64,000 bases of DNA from Octopus sinensis (GCF_006345805.1 NC_042998.1:152210001-152274000), one strand, 5' to 3'; shown: positions 23,791 through 37,566, counted from the stretch's first letter. The notes: generated by a model from the letters alone, not told the origin. Program-made: numbers and translations.

Positions 23791-26700
23791 TACTTTTAAT
23801 CTGCATGTTTGTTGCAATCAGTGGCCGAGACACACTCAGCGGACTAGGGCGAGTGAAGGATGAAAGATATTACAGTATGACTGAAAGATTGGGGAGAGGA
23901 TGTGACAGGGGCAGAAGCGAAATATTTTATGTAATAGAACACAGACATTTAAATTGACAGGGCTTTTAGTTAGTTAGTTAGTTACTTTGGCTCAAAAGCA
24001 AATAGCAAAGCCATGTAGGGGGACATGGAGTTAAGTACAGGGTGGTGTTCATGTAAAGAGTTCAGGCCACTTGAGGTCCAGGGAGGCTTTGAACAAAGCG
24101 GTCGTCGGCATCTTTACCATCTCGTCTGGCAGCTTGTTCCACGGATCCGCAACCCGGACGGAGAAAGCTCCTCTCCTTCGATTGAGATGAAATCGTCGCA
24201 GGTAGAGCTTTTCGGAATGACCCCGCAGCCGACGCTCTGGAGCAGGAGTGAAGAACAGCTCTTTCGAGAGGTTACACTTTCCGCTTATGATGTTGTGGGC
24301 GAGAATGAGATCACCACGGCGGCGGCGTTTTTCAAGAGAATAAAGGTCGAGCGTCCACAGCCTTTCTTCGTAGGACAAATTTTTGAGACCATGAACCATG
24401 CGGGTAGCCAGCTTCTGGACTCTTTCGAGATGCTGTATGTCTTTGAGGAGATAAGGAGAAGAGGCTTGAATCCCATACTCCAATATGGGTCTCACCAGCG
24501 TGACATAGAGTGGTAGGAATATGGCTGCTGTGAGCATTCCGAATGACCGTCGAATCAAGAACAGAATTCCGCGTGCTTTGTTGGCCGCATGGACGCACTG
24601 GGCCGAAGGCGAAAAGGAGGAATCCACCAAGATACCTAGGTCCTTTACCTGATCGGTCCTCTCCAGCAGCAGACGACCCGGCTCGAAATCAAGTTGAGTT
24701 GCAGGAGTAGAGCCGACAGGCAGATGACAGCACTTTAACACGTTCAGACACAGGTCCCAATCGTTAGACCACTTCCAAATTTGGTGGAGGCATCGACGAA
24801 GATCCTCTATATTACCGCGAGGAGCGACCAGTTTGATATCGTCGGCAAATAGAAGGGTGTGTTGCGTGAGGTCGTCGGGCAAGTCATTTATGAAGACTAA
24901 GAACAACAAGGGCCCAAGCACTGAACCTTAAGACACGCCACTGCTCGCACTGGAGACGTCGGACCGCGAACCATTAACTTGGACTTGGAAGAAGCGATCT
25001 GAGAGGAAGGCACCAACCCATCGTACAATATCTGGATGGAAACTATATGCTTGAAGCTTGACAAGTAATAGGCGGTGGTTTACCGAGTCAAAAGCTTTGG
25101 CAAAGTCCAGTAAAACGATGTCAACAGCATCACTATCATCGAGAATGCGCGTCACCAATTCTTCCATTACTAGTAAGTTGGTCAAGCATGATCTCTTCGG
25201 CACGAAGCCGTGTTGGGAATCAGAGATAGAGGCTGTGTTTATGAGGTGGAGCATCATACTTTTCTTAAGGATGGTTTCGAACAGGATGGTTTTCTTAAGG
25301 ATGGTTTTCTAAAGATGTGGGCAGTATTTGTCAGCACAATCTTTTGGACTTCTCTGAGACATGGTTCTCCCGGAATATAATCTAGATGTTTCTCACAACC
25401 CCTTCTAATTATACTTAGGGCAACCATAATAACAGGAACAGTTCTCGCTTTAAGATGCCACATATTTTGTAATTCAGTTTCCAGGGCCTTATATTTACTT
25501 GATTTGTCAAATTCTTTTACAGATATATTTTTATCAGTGGGAACACTTATATCTATTAGTCTACAAGTATTTTCTTTCCTATCTTTAATGACTATGTCTG
25601 GTCGATTTGCCTGGATGTTCTGTCGGTGTTGACTGGAAAATTCCAGAGAATAGTGACATTTTTACCTTCAATGACTGGCTCAGGGTGATGTTAATACCAG
25701 TAAGCAGGAGTGCTGATTTTGTAGTGTTTACATATTCTCCAATGTAAATACTGTCCTACCCTATCGTGGCGATATTTGTATTCGTTTGGTGTCAACACAG
25801 GACGCCAAGACGAGATGGTCTATTGGTTCATCAAATTTATCGCAGAATCTGCATTTAGGGTCAGAACCGTTTTGAAGAACATTAGCCTGGTAGTTTTTGG
25901 TAAGCAGGCTTTGGTTTTGTGCCGCTAATATGAAACCTTCGGTGTCTGCTTTCAGTCCTGAGCTTCTCAGCCACTGATGGGTTGTTGCTTGACCTACATC
26001 AGCATTTCGGCTTTGAAGTATATACTGTCCATGCAGAGGTTTCTGGCTCCGCCGCTCCTCAATTTGATTCTGACCGTTCATTTTTGTAGGCTGTTTGATC
26101 CGTATTGCTTGCTTGGTATCAATGGTTTCAGGTTCTTCATCTAATTCAGAGTTGCTGCAAGATTCCCTTACGAATTTGCAAGCTTCCTTGACAATTAAAT
26201 GTGATTTTTTGCTGCTTTTGTGTTTGCACACAAGATAGAGCATCCAGTCCTCTGTACTAGCTAATTATTTGTTCATTGCTATTGAGGAGGTCATATAGCA
26301 CAGTCCTATTTCCTTCATTCCCCTTCCCCCATTACATCTAGATAGTTACAGACGATCAACATCTGCTTTTGGGTGGTGTATGTTCTTAGATGTTAGTATT
26401 TTTGTTGTCTTCCTGTCCAGGCGTTGGAGCTCTGTAACATTCCAGTTAATGATGTTAAAACTGCATTGGTCTACTGAAACTGCCAGGGTGTTAATGGCTT
26501 CGATGCGATTTTTGGAGTTGAGTTCAGTTTTTAGAGTGAGTCTTACTCTCCTGTAATACTCCTTTGTTATTTTTCCTTCATAATAGCATGTTGTATACAA
26601 TCTCCTTTGTTATCGATATGTATTTATAGCTTTCTTGTGGGTCAAATGGTAGTGTCGATATCTAATTTAATAGAAGCTGTTTGTTTGAGCTTACCTCTTA

Positions 26701-26985
26701 CAAAAGTTGCTTTAGCACACTCATCAAAGCCATCCCACTGTCATTGCTGCAGTCTTTAACAATTGTTAACAGACCCACTAGCTCTTCGTCATTTCTACCA
26801 AACAACTTCATATCGTCCATATAAAACAGATGACTTACTATATTATACACTTTGAACCCATACCTTATATTACTCAGTTCGTTTGAGAGTGGGATTAATG
26901 CCATGCAAAAGAGTAATGGGGAGAGGAAATCACTTTGAAACATGCATTGTTTGATGTTGATGCTGCTAGATTGGCTCAACCCATT
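23791..26985 (-). mobile_element. R4/Dong-like element (family C), 5'-truncated within RT, interrupted by a CR1 insertion
   Basis: LFYMDD, HHPKADVDRL, KPLHGQY, AAQNQSL, RLE end; 3' UTR homologous to 5784-5960; split at 23967/25260. Confidence 0.85.
23968..25258 (-). mobile_element. 5'-truncated CR1-clade LINE (~1.3 kb) with (TAAC)n tail
   Basis: ORFs 24928-25257 and 24049-24921 separated by one premature stop (SGVS*GSVLG); SDSQHGF, LDFAKAFD, FADD, LVRPILEY, RRRRGDLI, RLRGH; tail agttagttagttagttac. Confidence 0.92.
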
Positions 26986-27030
26986 ACTATGGTGTAGAAG
27001 GAGACGTGTATCCCGTACTGTGGGGGCGGG

Positions 27031-27427
27031 TAAAAGATTATAAGGGCCGTATTTTTCAACGGGTATTCTCCAAACTGGGAACGTATATTACTTATGTTCC
27101 AGTAATCGTTTTAGACTCTTAATATTTTTCACATCATGAATAACGGGGACCCTAGGGGCAGAAAACACCCGTTCGTGGGTTACGTGGACAAGGGCAATTT
27201 TTGGTGAAGTAACTTTCAGAAATTGACTGTTTCCATTACATCCACTGGTCATAAAAAATATTGCTTTTTATATTAGATTCGCGTCTTTGAAAGTTTTTTA
27301 AAGATTTACTTCCAGTTTCCTAGAGTCAGTGACCTCTATATCTCTCTATCTATATCTTTACATCGATCTCACTCTATCTATCTCTATATTTTATATATCT
27401 ATATCTATCTTATATATCTAACTTAGT

Positions 27428-27474
<47 letters not shown>

Positions 27475-28940
27475 AGTAACAACAATAGCGACTGAACTTT
27501 GAGTGGAAACAATAGTGTCTGATAATGAAAGTGAAAACAATAGAGAGTGATATATATATCACTCTCTATTGTTTTCACTTTCATTTTTCAGACACTATTG
27601 TTTCCACTCTAAGTTCAGTCGCTATTGTTGTTACTGTAAGTTTTCAATCGCTATTTACAAACAACGACAAATTACTGACAGAAAGAAGTTCACTATTACT
27701 GATGAAAGTAATTTCATACATAATTTACTGACAGAAGTAACTTCATAACTTTCACTTCAATCCGTACACTTCGTTAAATTTGCCTACAAATTTCTTATCT
27801 ACTTATGCGACGGTTTGTGTTTTTCTGTTGTTAACGGCTTTTTTCTGGTTCCTTCGATACTGGCTCTTTGGTTCACTGACAAATGTCGCTTCAACCCGTA
27901 CAATTCTTTATTTTCTGTAAAAATTTCTTATTTACATTCTGTCCGTCTTATTAAGAAATATAATTTCCGTTACCCAGTTATTTTCATTCTTTACTATCTT
28001 CTACACCAGTGTATTTCTGTCTACGTATATAACCATGCCTACAAGGAAAGTGTCATATTTGTCTACAATGTCAAGGTCAGCCAAAAGAATATCTCTGTCC
28101 AGAGAAAGACAGACAGCTGCTGAAAGGGAAGCATACCAAGAAACGAACAGACTGTGAAATACAAAAGCCAGAACATCTCAAAGTGACGAACAGATGTATA
28201 CAAGGCTGACAAGGAATAGGATCTCCACTACAGATCAAAGAGCAGTTGCAACAGCTTAGTGAAGCAACTTCTATGAAGCAGCTTTCAATTATGATTCCAG
28301 CAGATCATTATGCAGATGACACTAGAGTTTCCATTGGTGCAATTACAACTAAGTGCATACATTGTAAAGCAAGGAAGTAGCCTGGAGAGCCACCTTCATT
28401 GTACTGTAGTGGTGGAAAGGTTAAATCACCTGAAATCCCCAAACCTCCAGAGCCATTGAAGAAAATGTTATCGTCAGCTGACCAAGATTCTAAGCACTGC
28501 AAAATCGAAATTTGGCAATAAAACGCTGCACTACAGATGACATCATTTACAGTCACAAGAGATTTAACTGAGCCAGTATTCATGCAAACTTTGAAGATCC
28601 AAGGTCAGATTTATCATCGGATTGGTTCTCTACTATATCTGTCAAATGAATCCCCAAAATCGGCTTTTCATTGTTTATAATCTGTACCTGTTTTTTGGTC
28701 ACAAAATAAGCTAGACAAAACTTTTTTTTAATTACGTGCACTTACTTTATATACATATATGAGTTGAAAACTTTCTTTTAAACATTTCACTTAGCATCTA
28801 TCTAATTGCCATGCTGGCATGGGTTGGGGAGCTATTAATGAAGAAACGTGATATCTCAGCTACAAGTAGTTGAGACGTGTGTAATCTAGACGTCGTTTTT
28901 AAATTTCCTTATTCTCTTTAACCCGGGTATTTCTTCTAGT
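27031..28940 (+). mobile_element. Non-autonomous Helitron derivative with Rep N-terminal remnant
   Basis: 28320-28660 translates CIHCKARK*PGEPP..CSGGKV..PPEPL..LQMTSF..KIQGQIYHRIGSLL; internal (TCTA)/(CT) microsatellites; 3' end acccgggtatttcttCTAG-t. Confidence 0.8.
27472..27638. repeat. Near-perfect 167-bp palindrome centred on (TA)n inside the Helitron
   Basis: ~82-bp arms with about 2 mismatches. Confidence 0.9.
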
Positions 28941-28953
28941 GTATATATATATT

Positions 28954-29070
<117 letters not shown>

Positions 29071-29534
29071 TGAAAAAGGAATATGTTTGAAGATCCGTGC
29101 ATCGGTATGTATGTGTTTTTGACGTGTGTGTGTGTGTGCGCGCGCGCGCGCGTGCTTTTGTGTCTGCATGTTTTTGTTTTTTAAATTTTATTTCGTGTTT
29201 AAGACGGTAACAAGTGTGAAAAAGTGAAATGCAAATATGATATGGGACTGATTGCTAAAATGGAGAGGAATGAAGAAAGCGTGCGAGAATAGTAATGAGA
29301 GGAGCAGTAGACAGAAAGAAACAATGAGAGTGTTAGTAGATTAAAAGAAACTATGAGAGAGCGAGTAAAAAAGGGAAGTAAAGAACAAGATGCCAATAGA
29401 AAATGAACGAAAAAGAGAGAACGAAACAGACAAGGAATGGGAAAAAGTTTCTGCTCATCAGTTATTTTTTAAATTTTGTTTTATTTTAATATATGTATAC
29501 ACACACATTCAGACCCGCACACACACAAACACAC

Positions 29535-29820
<286 letters not shown>

Positions 29821-30385
29821 TAGTTTTTTCTAGCTCAAACGGAAAAATAACTGGGTTAAAATTTGATCCGCCATTATTGATTGAAATCTAAAAACAAAAA
29901 TAAATATACAAAATTATATGAGAAAAATAATAAAAAAATAATCAATGATTCAATACTGTTTGGCCAAACCTTCTTGACAACAAAAACAAACAAGGAGAAA
30001 ATCAACCAAAACTTCAATAACATGGTTGTACAATGTTTATCTCCGAACTCCTCATCCTGTAACTCCCCTCTGCCTCTTTTTCTCTCTCCCTTGAATCACT
30101 ATAGCTCTTCTTTCTCCCATCTGCCTTCTAATCTATTTTCATTTTTAATACCTTCTTCTTTACTTCTTTTTCTTTTTCCCCTCCCTGCAATATTGAAATG
30201 GCAGCGACATTAATAAACATCCACAACATAGAGAACAACATCCATAACGACTTTGGCGTCGACGACTACAAAAGTGATATATATTCGACTGTTAACGAAT
30301 CATAGATTCTTTTTTTACTTCTCCGGGTTAGGAGATATTAAGGTCGATTGGTCGACATTAGGAGTGTAACTGGTATGTGTGTGTG

Positions 30386-30807
30386 TAAAAGATTATAACG
30401 GCTGTATTTTTCAACTGATCTTCTACAAACTAGGAACATAATTACTTATATTCCAGGGTTGGTTTTAGACTCTTAAAATTTTTCACATAATAAGAAGCGT
30501 GCCCACTGGGGGCAGAAAACACCCGTTTCTGGGTTACATGGAGGACGTAACTCTTTGCGAAGTAACTTTCTGAAACTGATTGTCTCCCTTAGATCCATTG
30601 GTCATAAAACAAATAAAGAATATTGCTCTTTGTATTAGATTCACGTCTTTGAAAGTTTTCTAAAATATTTGCTTCCGGTTTTCTATATCTCTCAATCCAT
30701 CTTTCTCTGTCTCTCTATATATCTCTATCCATCTCTACCTCTATATCTACCTATCTCTCTGTATCTATCTGTCTATCTATATCTATCTTATTTGTCTAAC
30801 TAGCTAG

Positions 30808-30860
<53 letters not shown>

Positions 30861-31761
30861 TTATATCTCACTCACACTCAATTGTTTTCATTTTCACTTT
30901 TCAGACACTAATGTTTTTCTAATGTTCAATCGCTATTGTTGTTACTGTAAGTTTTCAATCGCTATTTACAAACAACGACAAATTACTGACAGAAAGAAGT
31001 TCACTATTACTGATGAAAGTAATTTCATACATAATTTACTGACAGAAGTAACTTCATAACTTTCACTTCAATCCGTACACTTCGTTAAATTTGCCTACAA
31101 ATTTCTTATCTACTTATGCGACGGTTTGTGTTTTTCTGTTGTTAACGGCTTTTTTCTGGTTCCTTCGATACTGGCTCTTTGGTTCACTGACAAATGTCGC
31201 TTCAACCCGTACAATTCTTTATTTTCTGTAAAAATTTCTTATTTACATTCTGTCCGTCTTATTAAGAAATATAATTTCCGTTACCCAGTTATTTTCATTC
31301 TTTACTATCTTCTACACCAGTGTATTTCTGTCTACGTATATAACCATGCCTACAAGGAAAGTGTCATATTTGTCTACAATGTCAAGGTCAGCCAAAAGAA
31401 TATCTCTGTCCAGAGAAAGACAGACAGCTGCTGAAAGGGAAGCATACCAAGAAACGAACAGACTGTGAAATACAAAAGCCAGAACATCTCAAAGTGACGA
31501 ACAGATGTATACAAGGCTGACAAGGAATAGGATCTCCACTACAGATCAAAGAGCAGTTGCAACAGCTTAGTGAAGCAACTTCTATGAAGCAGCTTTCAAT
31601 TATGATTCCAGCAGATCATTATGCAGATGACACTAGAGTTTCCATTGGTGCAATTACAACTAAGTGCATACATTGTAAAGCAAGGAAGTAGCCTGGAGAG
31701 CCACCTTCATTGTGCTGTAGTGGTGGAAAGGTTAAATCACCTGAAATCCCCAAACCTCCAG
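30386..31761 (+). mobile_element. Second copy of the Helitron derivative, 3'-truncated at (TA)n
   Basis: Starts taaaagattataa like 27031; ~30930-31761 is virtually identical to ~27620-28450 (identical ORFs 27815-28123 and 31126-31434). Confidence 0.85.
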
Positions 31762-31802
<41 letters not shown>

Positions 31803-31959
31803 TTTTGTGATGCACATGGTAAAATTGTGGAGGGAAAATACGTATTCATTCGTCTATATGGATTTGGCCTATGTTGACTATCTCCTGCTATCTCCGATGG
31901 AGCGAGGTCGAGAAGCAAGAGGTATGCAAATTAACATTTGCAAATCTATCTAATGGAAT

Positions 31960-32019
31960 GTTGCGCTGAAGACGGGAATGAATTTGTTTATAATTCTGAC
32001 CCAGAAACGCGTCCGTAAC
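31960..32019 (+). ncRNA. Type I minimal hammerhead ribozyme, GUC cleavage after 32013
   Basis: gttgcg-CTGAAGA-cggg..gaatt/aattc..ccca-GAAA-cgcg-TC-cgtaac; helix III palindrome ACGCGU; C.A mismatch at helix II base. Confidence 0.75.
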
Positions 32020-32175
32020 TAACCGAAAACTTTTGGTTTCGTTATTTTTCATCCTGTTTTACATATGTGAGTTACATGTATATGTTATATGTGGAGTTAT
32101 ATTTGTAGAAAATAGAAATAAGCGGTCTTTGACTGCTATTTCTAATTTTTCGGTAAGTGGCTAAGCTTGCCCTTT

Positions 32176-32316
<141 letters not shown>

Positions 32317-32318
32317 TC

Positions 32319-32826
32319 TTAATTTTGCCTATATGGTTGTAGCTTGCGGCCACTAACATTATTATCTCTCATGAACATTAATGTTCTTTATATAGTTTCA
32401 AAGAATTGTATCCACTTGTTTTTTTCTCAATGCGGCTTGGGCACTGAAACGAACACACCATTGGTTGAAGTGATATATGAATTTCTTACTTGTAGACTTT
32501 ACTGAGGACAATCAAGCGTCTTTTGGCGCTAAATTCGAAATCATGATATCAAGTTAACTGACATTCCTTCTTGCAATTTTGCAGAGGTAAGACACAGTCC
32601 TTATTTCGCTTAGTTTTTTCTTCCAACCTTGCCTGTGAAAATCTAGTGTTAATTTTTGTGGCTTAGGAGTATTTTGACTCCTATTTTTAGCAAATCTGGT
32701 GCTTAAAAAAAGCACCCTTGTTATATATAATTCTTTTATATATATATCTATTAATTTTGCCTTTACGGTTTTAGCCTGCGGCCACTAACATTAATATCTC
32801 TTATGAGTATTAATGTTCTTTATATA
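32319..32826 (+). mobile_element. Partial tandem repeat (432-bp period) containing a hammerhead at 32496-32554
   Basis: 75-bp direct repeat at 32319 and 32751; acttta-CTGAGGA-caat..attc-GAAA-tcatga-TA-tcaagt; 3' part resembles the arms of 14576-14960. Confidence 0.7.
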
Positions 32827-32939
32827 TTTATGTGTGTGTGCATGTGTGTGTGTATTGATGAAAGCACGGCTATGTACAAACGTCTGTATGAAGTTCACAT
32901 TTTTCATTTCATTTGTAGATCTCAAAATGACTGACATCA

Positions 32940-33930
32940 TGCAAGGGAAGTTACTCTGAAAACTGTCCCCATCAAATAAGTAATAAGTTGCTTAAGTAAA
33001 ATTTTAAAACAGTTTTCTGAAGACATCGAAACAACGTCTTTATTCCCAGTTGTGAGGTCGATCCGGCCCAAGCTGAAGGCAAGCAGGAAATGAAAAGTCC
33101 AGGAGCAGGTGGATGCAGGGACTGGGTGTAACAAAAATGGAATGGTGATCAGAGGCCAGGAGAAAGATGAGGAGGTAATAAAGGAAAAGGATATCATAAG
33201 AATCCGAAAGGCCAGTGGACGATGTAGGAAAGCGCACTCCAGAAGTCCCTCAGCTGGAACTACCTCATCTGGAACTACCTCAGCTGGAACAACTTCTGAC
33301 ATATGGCTCCTCTTAGAATAAATTTTATCCTCAGATCTGTCTATGGTCTGTTGCAAATCAGATAATCCTGAGTGTCCACTCTGCCAGGGTAAGTAGACAA
33401 TGGCACACATTCTGAGCTCCTGCAGAGTAGTACTAGCCCCCAAAAGATAAACGTAGGGGCGCAATCAAATGCTTAAGGAAATCGTACACAGGATGAGTAA
33501 GGCAAGAGTAATATCCATTGTACCAATATCTCCATTAATATTCTACAGGGCAGGATGCAGCAAATGATAGTCAAGAACAGCTATGCCATACGGGGCCCGG
33601 GAATGGAGTTTTCCGGGTGGTATGGATGAGTGGGAGTGCTCAAAAGACTTCCCAGGCTCAACAAAACAACCAGAAATCATCAGGAAGTGTCGTTTGATGA
33701 CAGATATCCATTCCAGTTCATCAAAGCAAATGATTTTGATCAAGTCTGGCCAATATTCTGAGGCCAACTTCCAAGTCAAGGTTGTTGACATAGAGGTTGG
33801 AACCAAAGTTTTCGTGGGCAAATATAATGAAGCAACTCTCAGTCTCTGGGAAGAATACGATCAAAGCTCTAAAGGCAATATTAAAGACACCAGAGAGGTG
33901 TTCCAGTTGGATCTTGTCGATGAGAAACAA
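32940..33930 (+). mobile_element. HERO/NeSL-like RLE non-LTR retrotransposon fragment, degenerate
   Basis: VRSIRPKLKASRK*KVQEQV, NPECPLCQGK*TMAHILSSC zinc knuckle, DIEVGTKVFVG (IEVG-x-RGF-like) RLE motif. Confidence 0.6.
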
Positions 33931-34049
33931 CTTTCTATATCGTTTGAAGGTATTTATACCGTTTTTGTATTTTTGCGGTAGGGAAGTCATTCTGGCTCAG
34001 TCATTGTGATAACGTTAACGTTTAACTGCTACCATGACAAACAGCGTTA

Positions 34050-35260
34050 TTTTTTATTTAAGTATAAATTTGAAAGCTGAGTTCCAGCTATATGAAATTT
34101 CCAAGCGGTTTAAATGTATAAGTCTCCGATATCCACTTGTCTAAAAAGTATCGGCAGAATGGCACTCAAGAGTGATGACCTGGATGCAGACCGACCCCCT
34201 TAAAGCGTATGAAGTTAAGGGCTGAAACTCTTACCTGAGATGTGTTTCTTCTCTGAATACCTTCTGTTCAGCTCTCTTATAAATTTCTACAAATCCTTAG
34301 TACATATTTTATTAGGACTGTCAGGTATGTTTGTGCTTATAAAATCGATTTGCAACATTATAACATCTTTGCAACATAAACCTTACAACATTATAACCTC
34401 TGATATCACAACCGAAATTCTTGCAATCTGAACAACAAACCTTAGCACTATTCCTATTGTATATTTTACTATACTTATACCCTAGTGGAAGATGCTGATC
34501 CATTAAACAAAGGAATTCTATAGCTATATTAGTTCTTATTTCAGGGTTAATATTAGGTTGTACCATAAAATGTTCCTTTTTTATTCTTGTTCTTAGCTGT
34601 GCATTCCTACAGTTTCTTTATGTATCTACTCTTATCGGGGTATCCTTTATTTCTTAGCGCCTCTTTATAATACCTAACAGTGCCCATAACAGCATCTACA
34701 TCGGAATATGTCGAGGATATCCATTTACTAACATTGTCGGCCAAGTTTCTCAAGATACTAGGTGAGTGGTTTGATTGTTTATGTATGTACACTAACTTCT
34801 TGTTTGCGGTATGCAAACAATCTGAATGTTGTGTCTAGAATGTTATCATCCAATCTGAATGTTGTGTCTAGAAGATTTACGGTGATAAATTTAGTATCAA
34901 AAGTAATACTAAGCCCTTTTGGATCTCTTTTTATTTTTGGATTTTTAATTGAATCTTTTCTCAATGTATCTAACCATCACAATTTTTCGACAGAACCAGG
35001 CTATCATCACGATATATACCACAATCTGTGTACAAAACCTAGAAGGATTTCGACTTAGAATATAGAGTAGTAGTTGTTCTGCCCCAGGGGAACTCTCATC
35101 AAACAGATCTATAAAGGCATTCTTGTTGAAACCTTCACGTCGTTTCTCCATGTACAGGGAATACGAAACCTCATCATCTGATGTGTCCTTTAAATAGTAT
35201 TTAATTTCAGGAAATTTGCCTATTATTTCTATAGGGCCGAGCAGCAACAATGAGTTACAC
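34050..35260 (-). mobile_element. Penelope-like element remnant (RT thumb and linker), degenerate
   Basis: YIHKQSNHSPSIL..YKEALRNKGY and TNIAIEFLCLMDQHLP..KIYNRNSAKV, characteristic PLE motifs. Confidence 0.75.
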
Positions 35261-36300
35261 TCCTATGAGTGTTATTCCTGAGATGTCGGTATTTTGATGG
35301 TGGCGAGTGGCAACTAAATACCAGAAATAAGAAGCGAAATCCCACAAAGCAAGATGGAACGTGCAAATCTACGTCCCAACCGCTTAAATGCACACATATT
35401 AGAAACACGGGTGCACACGAGGATGCAATAGGTACTTCAAATGCACATGATGATGCAGTACATACGTCAGATGTGCACATGATGTTGCTGTAGAATCTTG
35501 CATGAAACTGTAGAGTGGATTCTCAGTTAAGGAAAAACCAGGGATTTTGTTTTAGAAAACAATTGATTATATCCACTATTTCTGTTTTCTATCAACCCCT
35601 AAAGAATGAACTGTAAAGTCAATTTTGACTGATTTTGAAGCCATAAGAATAAAGGGACATAACTAAATGAGCCAGTTTTTCTGTACTCTCCTATTTCTCC
35701 CATTTCTCATCACTTTTAATATTTCAAATAATGATTTCTTACAACAGTACAGAATGACGCATTTGTAGAAGAGAAATATAGGCAGTCAGTGTATATAGTG
35801 GTACCCAGGGTAGATACACGTTCCCAGAGCTTTTGATAACTTTTATCGACATCTGAAAGATTAAAAATAATGTCGATTTAAAGTGAGATTTGCACTGAGA
35901 ATGCACTGGGACTAATCTGTGCAACATAAAGTATTTTTCAGGTTTCTTAGTAGTTCTGTAAAATCTTTTACCTCATCAGGAGACACGTTAAAAGGTTTCT
36001 CTGTTAAAATTTACTGAATTAAATAAATAGATTATCTTAGGAAAGTAGACGAGTTATTAAGGAGATGTAATGTCAACTAGAGTGACCTGTGTATATTACT
36101 GGTACCTATTTTATTGTATTGAGAGATATGGGTGATATTCAAAGTAAAGAACAAAACAAGTACAGAATGTAGAAGGTGAGTCAATTAAAAAACTAATAGG
36201 TGATCACTTGACTTGCTAAAATTAAGCAAAATTTCTTGTAAGTCACACTCCGCTGTCATAAAATAGGAAGGATGCATGAGGAAATGTAGCCTTACATATA

Positions 36301-37566
36301 TCAGGTCATCCCATAAGTTCTGTCCAAATTTTGAATAATGAAAACAAGTGATAAAATGTTATATTTAATTGAAATTTAATTATAAATGTACTTTTCCTAT
36401 TTATCTATGACTTCCTTCCATCTATTTACAAGCTTTTAAATCCCATCAATGTTTAGTTTCAAAGCGAAGAACTCTGAAATGTCAGTTTCGACCTCCTCCT
36501 GGCTTGCGAAAGTTATGTCTCCCAAATGATTCTGTAGACTACGAAACAAATGGTAGCCTGAAGGAGCAAGTTTAGGAGAATAAGGTAGATGAGGAATTTT
36601 TTCGATCTTCTGTGATGTGATCTTTGCAGTATGGGGTCGCGCTTTGTCCTGATGAAGCATCACTCCTTTTCGATTCACTAAAGCGAGTCTTTTTTTCTTC
36701 AAAACTTGGTTCAAACGCTCTAATTGCTGACAGTAGACTGATTGTTGCATTAGGTGGTAACAATTCAAAGTGAATTACTCCTTTGCAATCCCACCAGATA
36801 GAGAGAAGAACCTTTTTTCCTTTGAAGTTCCCTTTTCGGTTGTGGTTGAGCTTTTTCCCTTTTACCAAGCCACTGTTTACGACGCTTAACATTTCAATAG
36901 AAGATCCATTTTTCGTCACCATTCACAAGTCTATCCAAAAAGGGTGAAATGAGTTCGCGAGAGTGGAGAGAAGAGCGGATGTCAACTCAAGATTTGCGGT
37001 TGCTTTCGGACAATTCATGAAGCATCTATTTTTCAAGTTTAGGAACCTTTCCAATTTGTTGAAGATGGCGATGAACAGTTGTATGGTTTGAACTAAGCTT
37101 TATTGCCAATTCTTCAACTAATAATGCATGATTTTCTGCAAGTAGTGCATCAAAGAGCTTATTAGGTTGTACCATAAAATGTTCCTTTTTTATTCCTGTT
37201 CTTAGGACGTCCTGTTCGATCTTCATCTTCAAGGCTGAAATCTCCACTTCTGAATTTTGCAAACCATCTTCTGCAAGTTCTTTCATTCAAGCATTATGTT
37301 TCGAGTCGCTTCGGCTGCAGAGTTTCCTTTTTTGTACTCATAAAGCATTATGTGCCTCAAATGCTTTTTGGATACTTCCATGTTAGAAAGGGTTTTAATC
37401 AAAGAAATTTTAATTCTATTATTCTGTAAAATAATATTAATTAGTTTAAATGTACACAAATGCATAAAAATAATTTTTAATTCCATTAGACATTCTAAAA
37501 TACTATTAAATTTCATTCAATTTTTAAAAAAGGTAAAAATTGGACAGAACTTAAAGGATGACCTGA
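36301..37566 (-). mobile_element. Full-length (1266 bp) mariner DNA transposon with degenerate transposase
   Basis: ~31-bp TIRs tcaggtcatcccataagttctgtccaaattt / aaaattggacagaacttaaaggatgacctga, TA on both sides; LLSIWWDCKGVIHFELLP, LHQDKARPH, PYSPKLAPSGYHLF. Confidence 0.95.
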
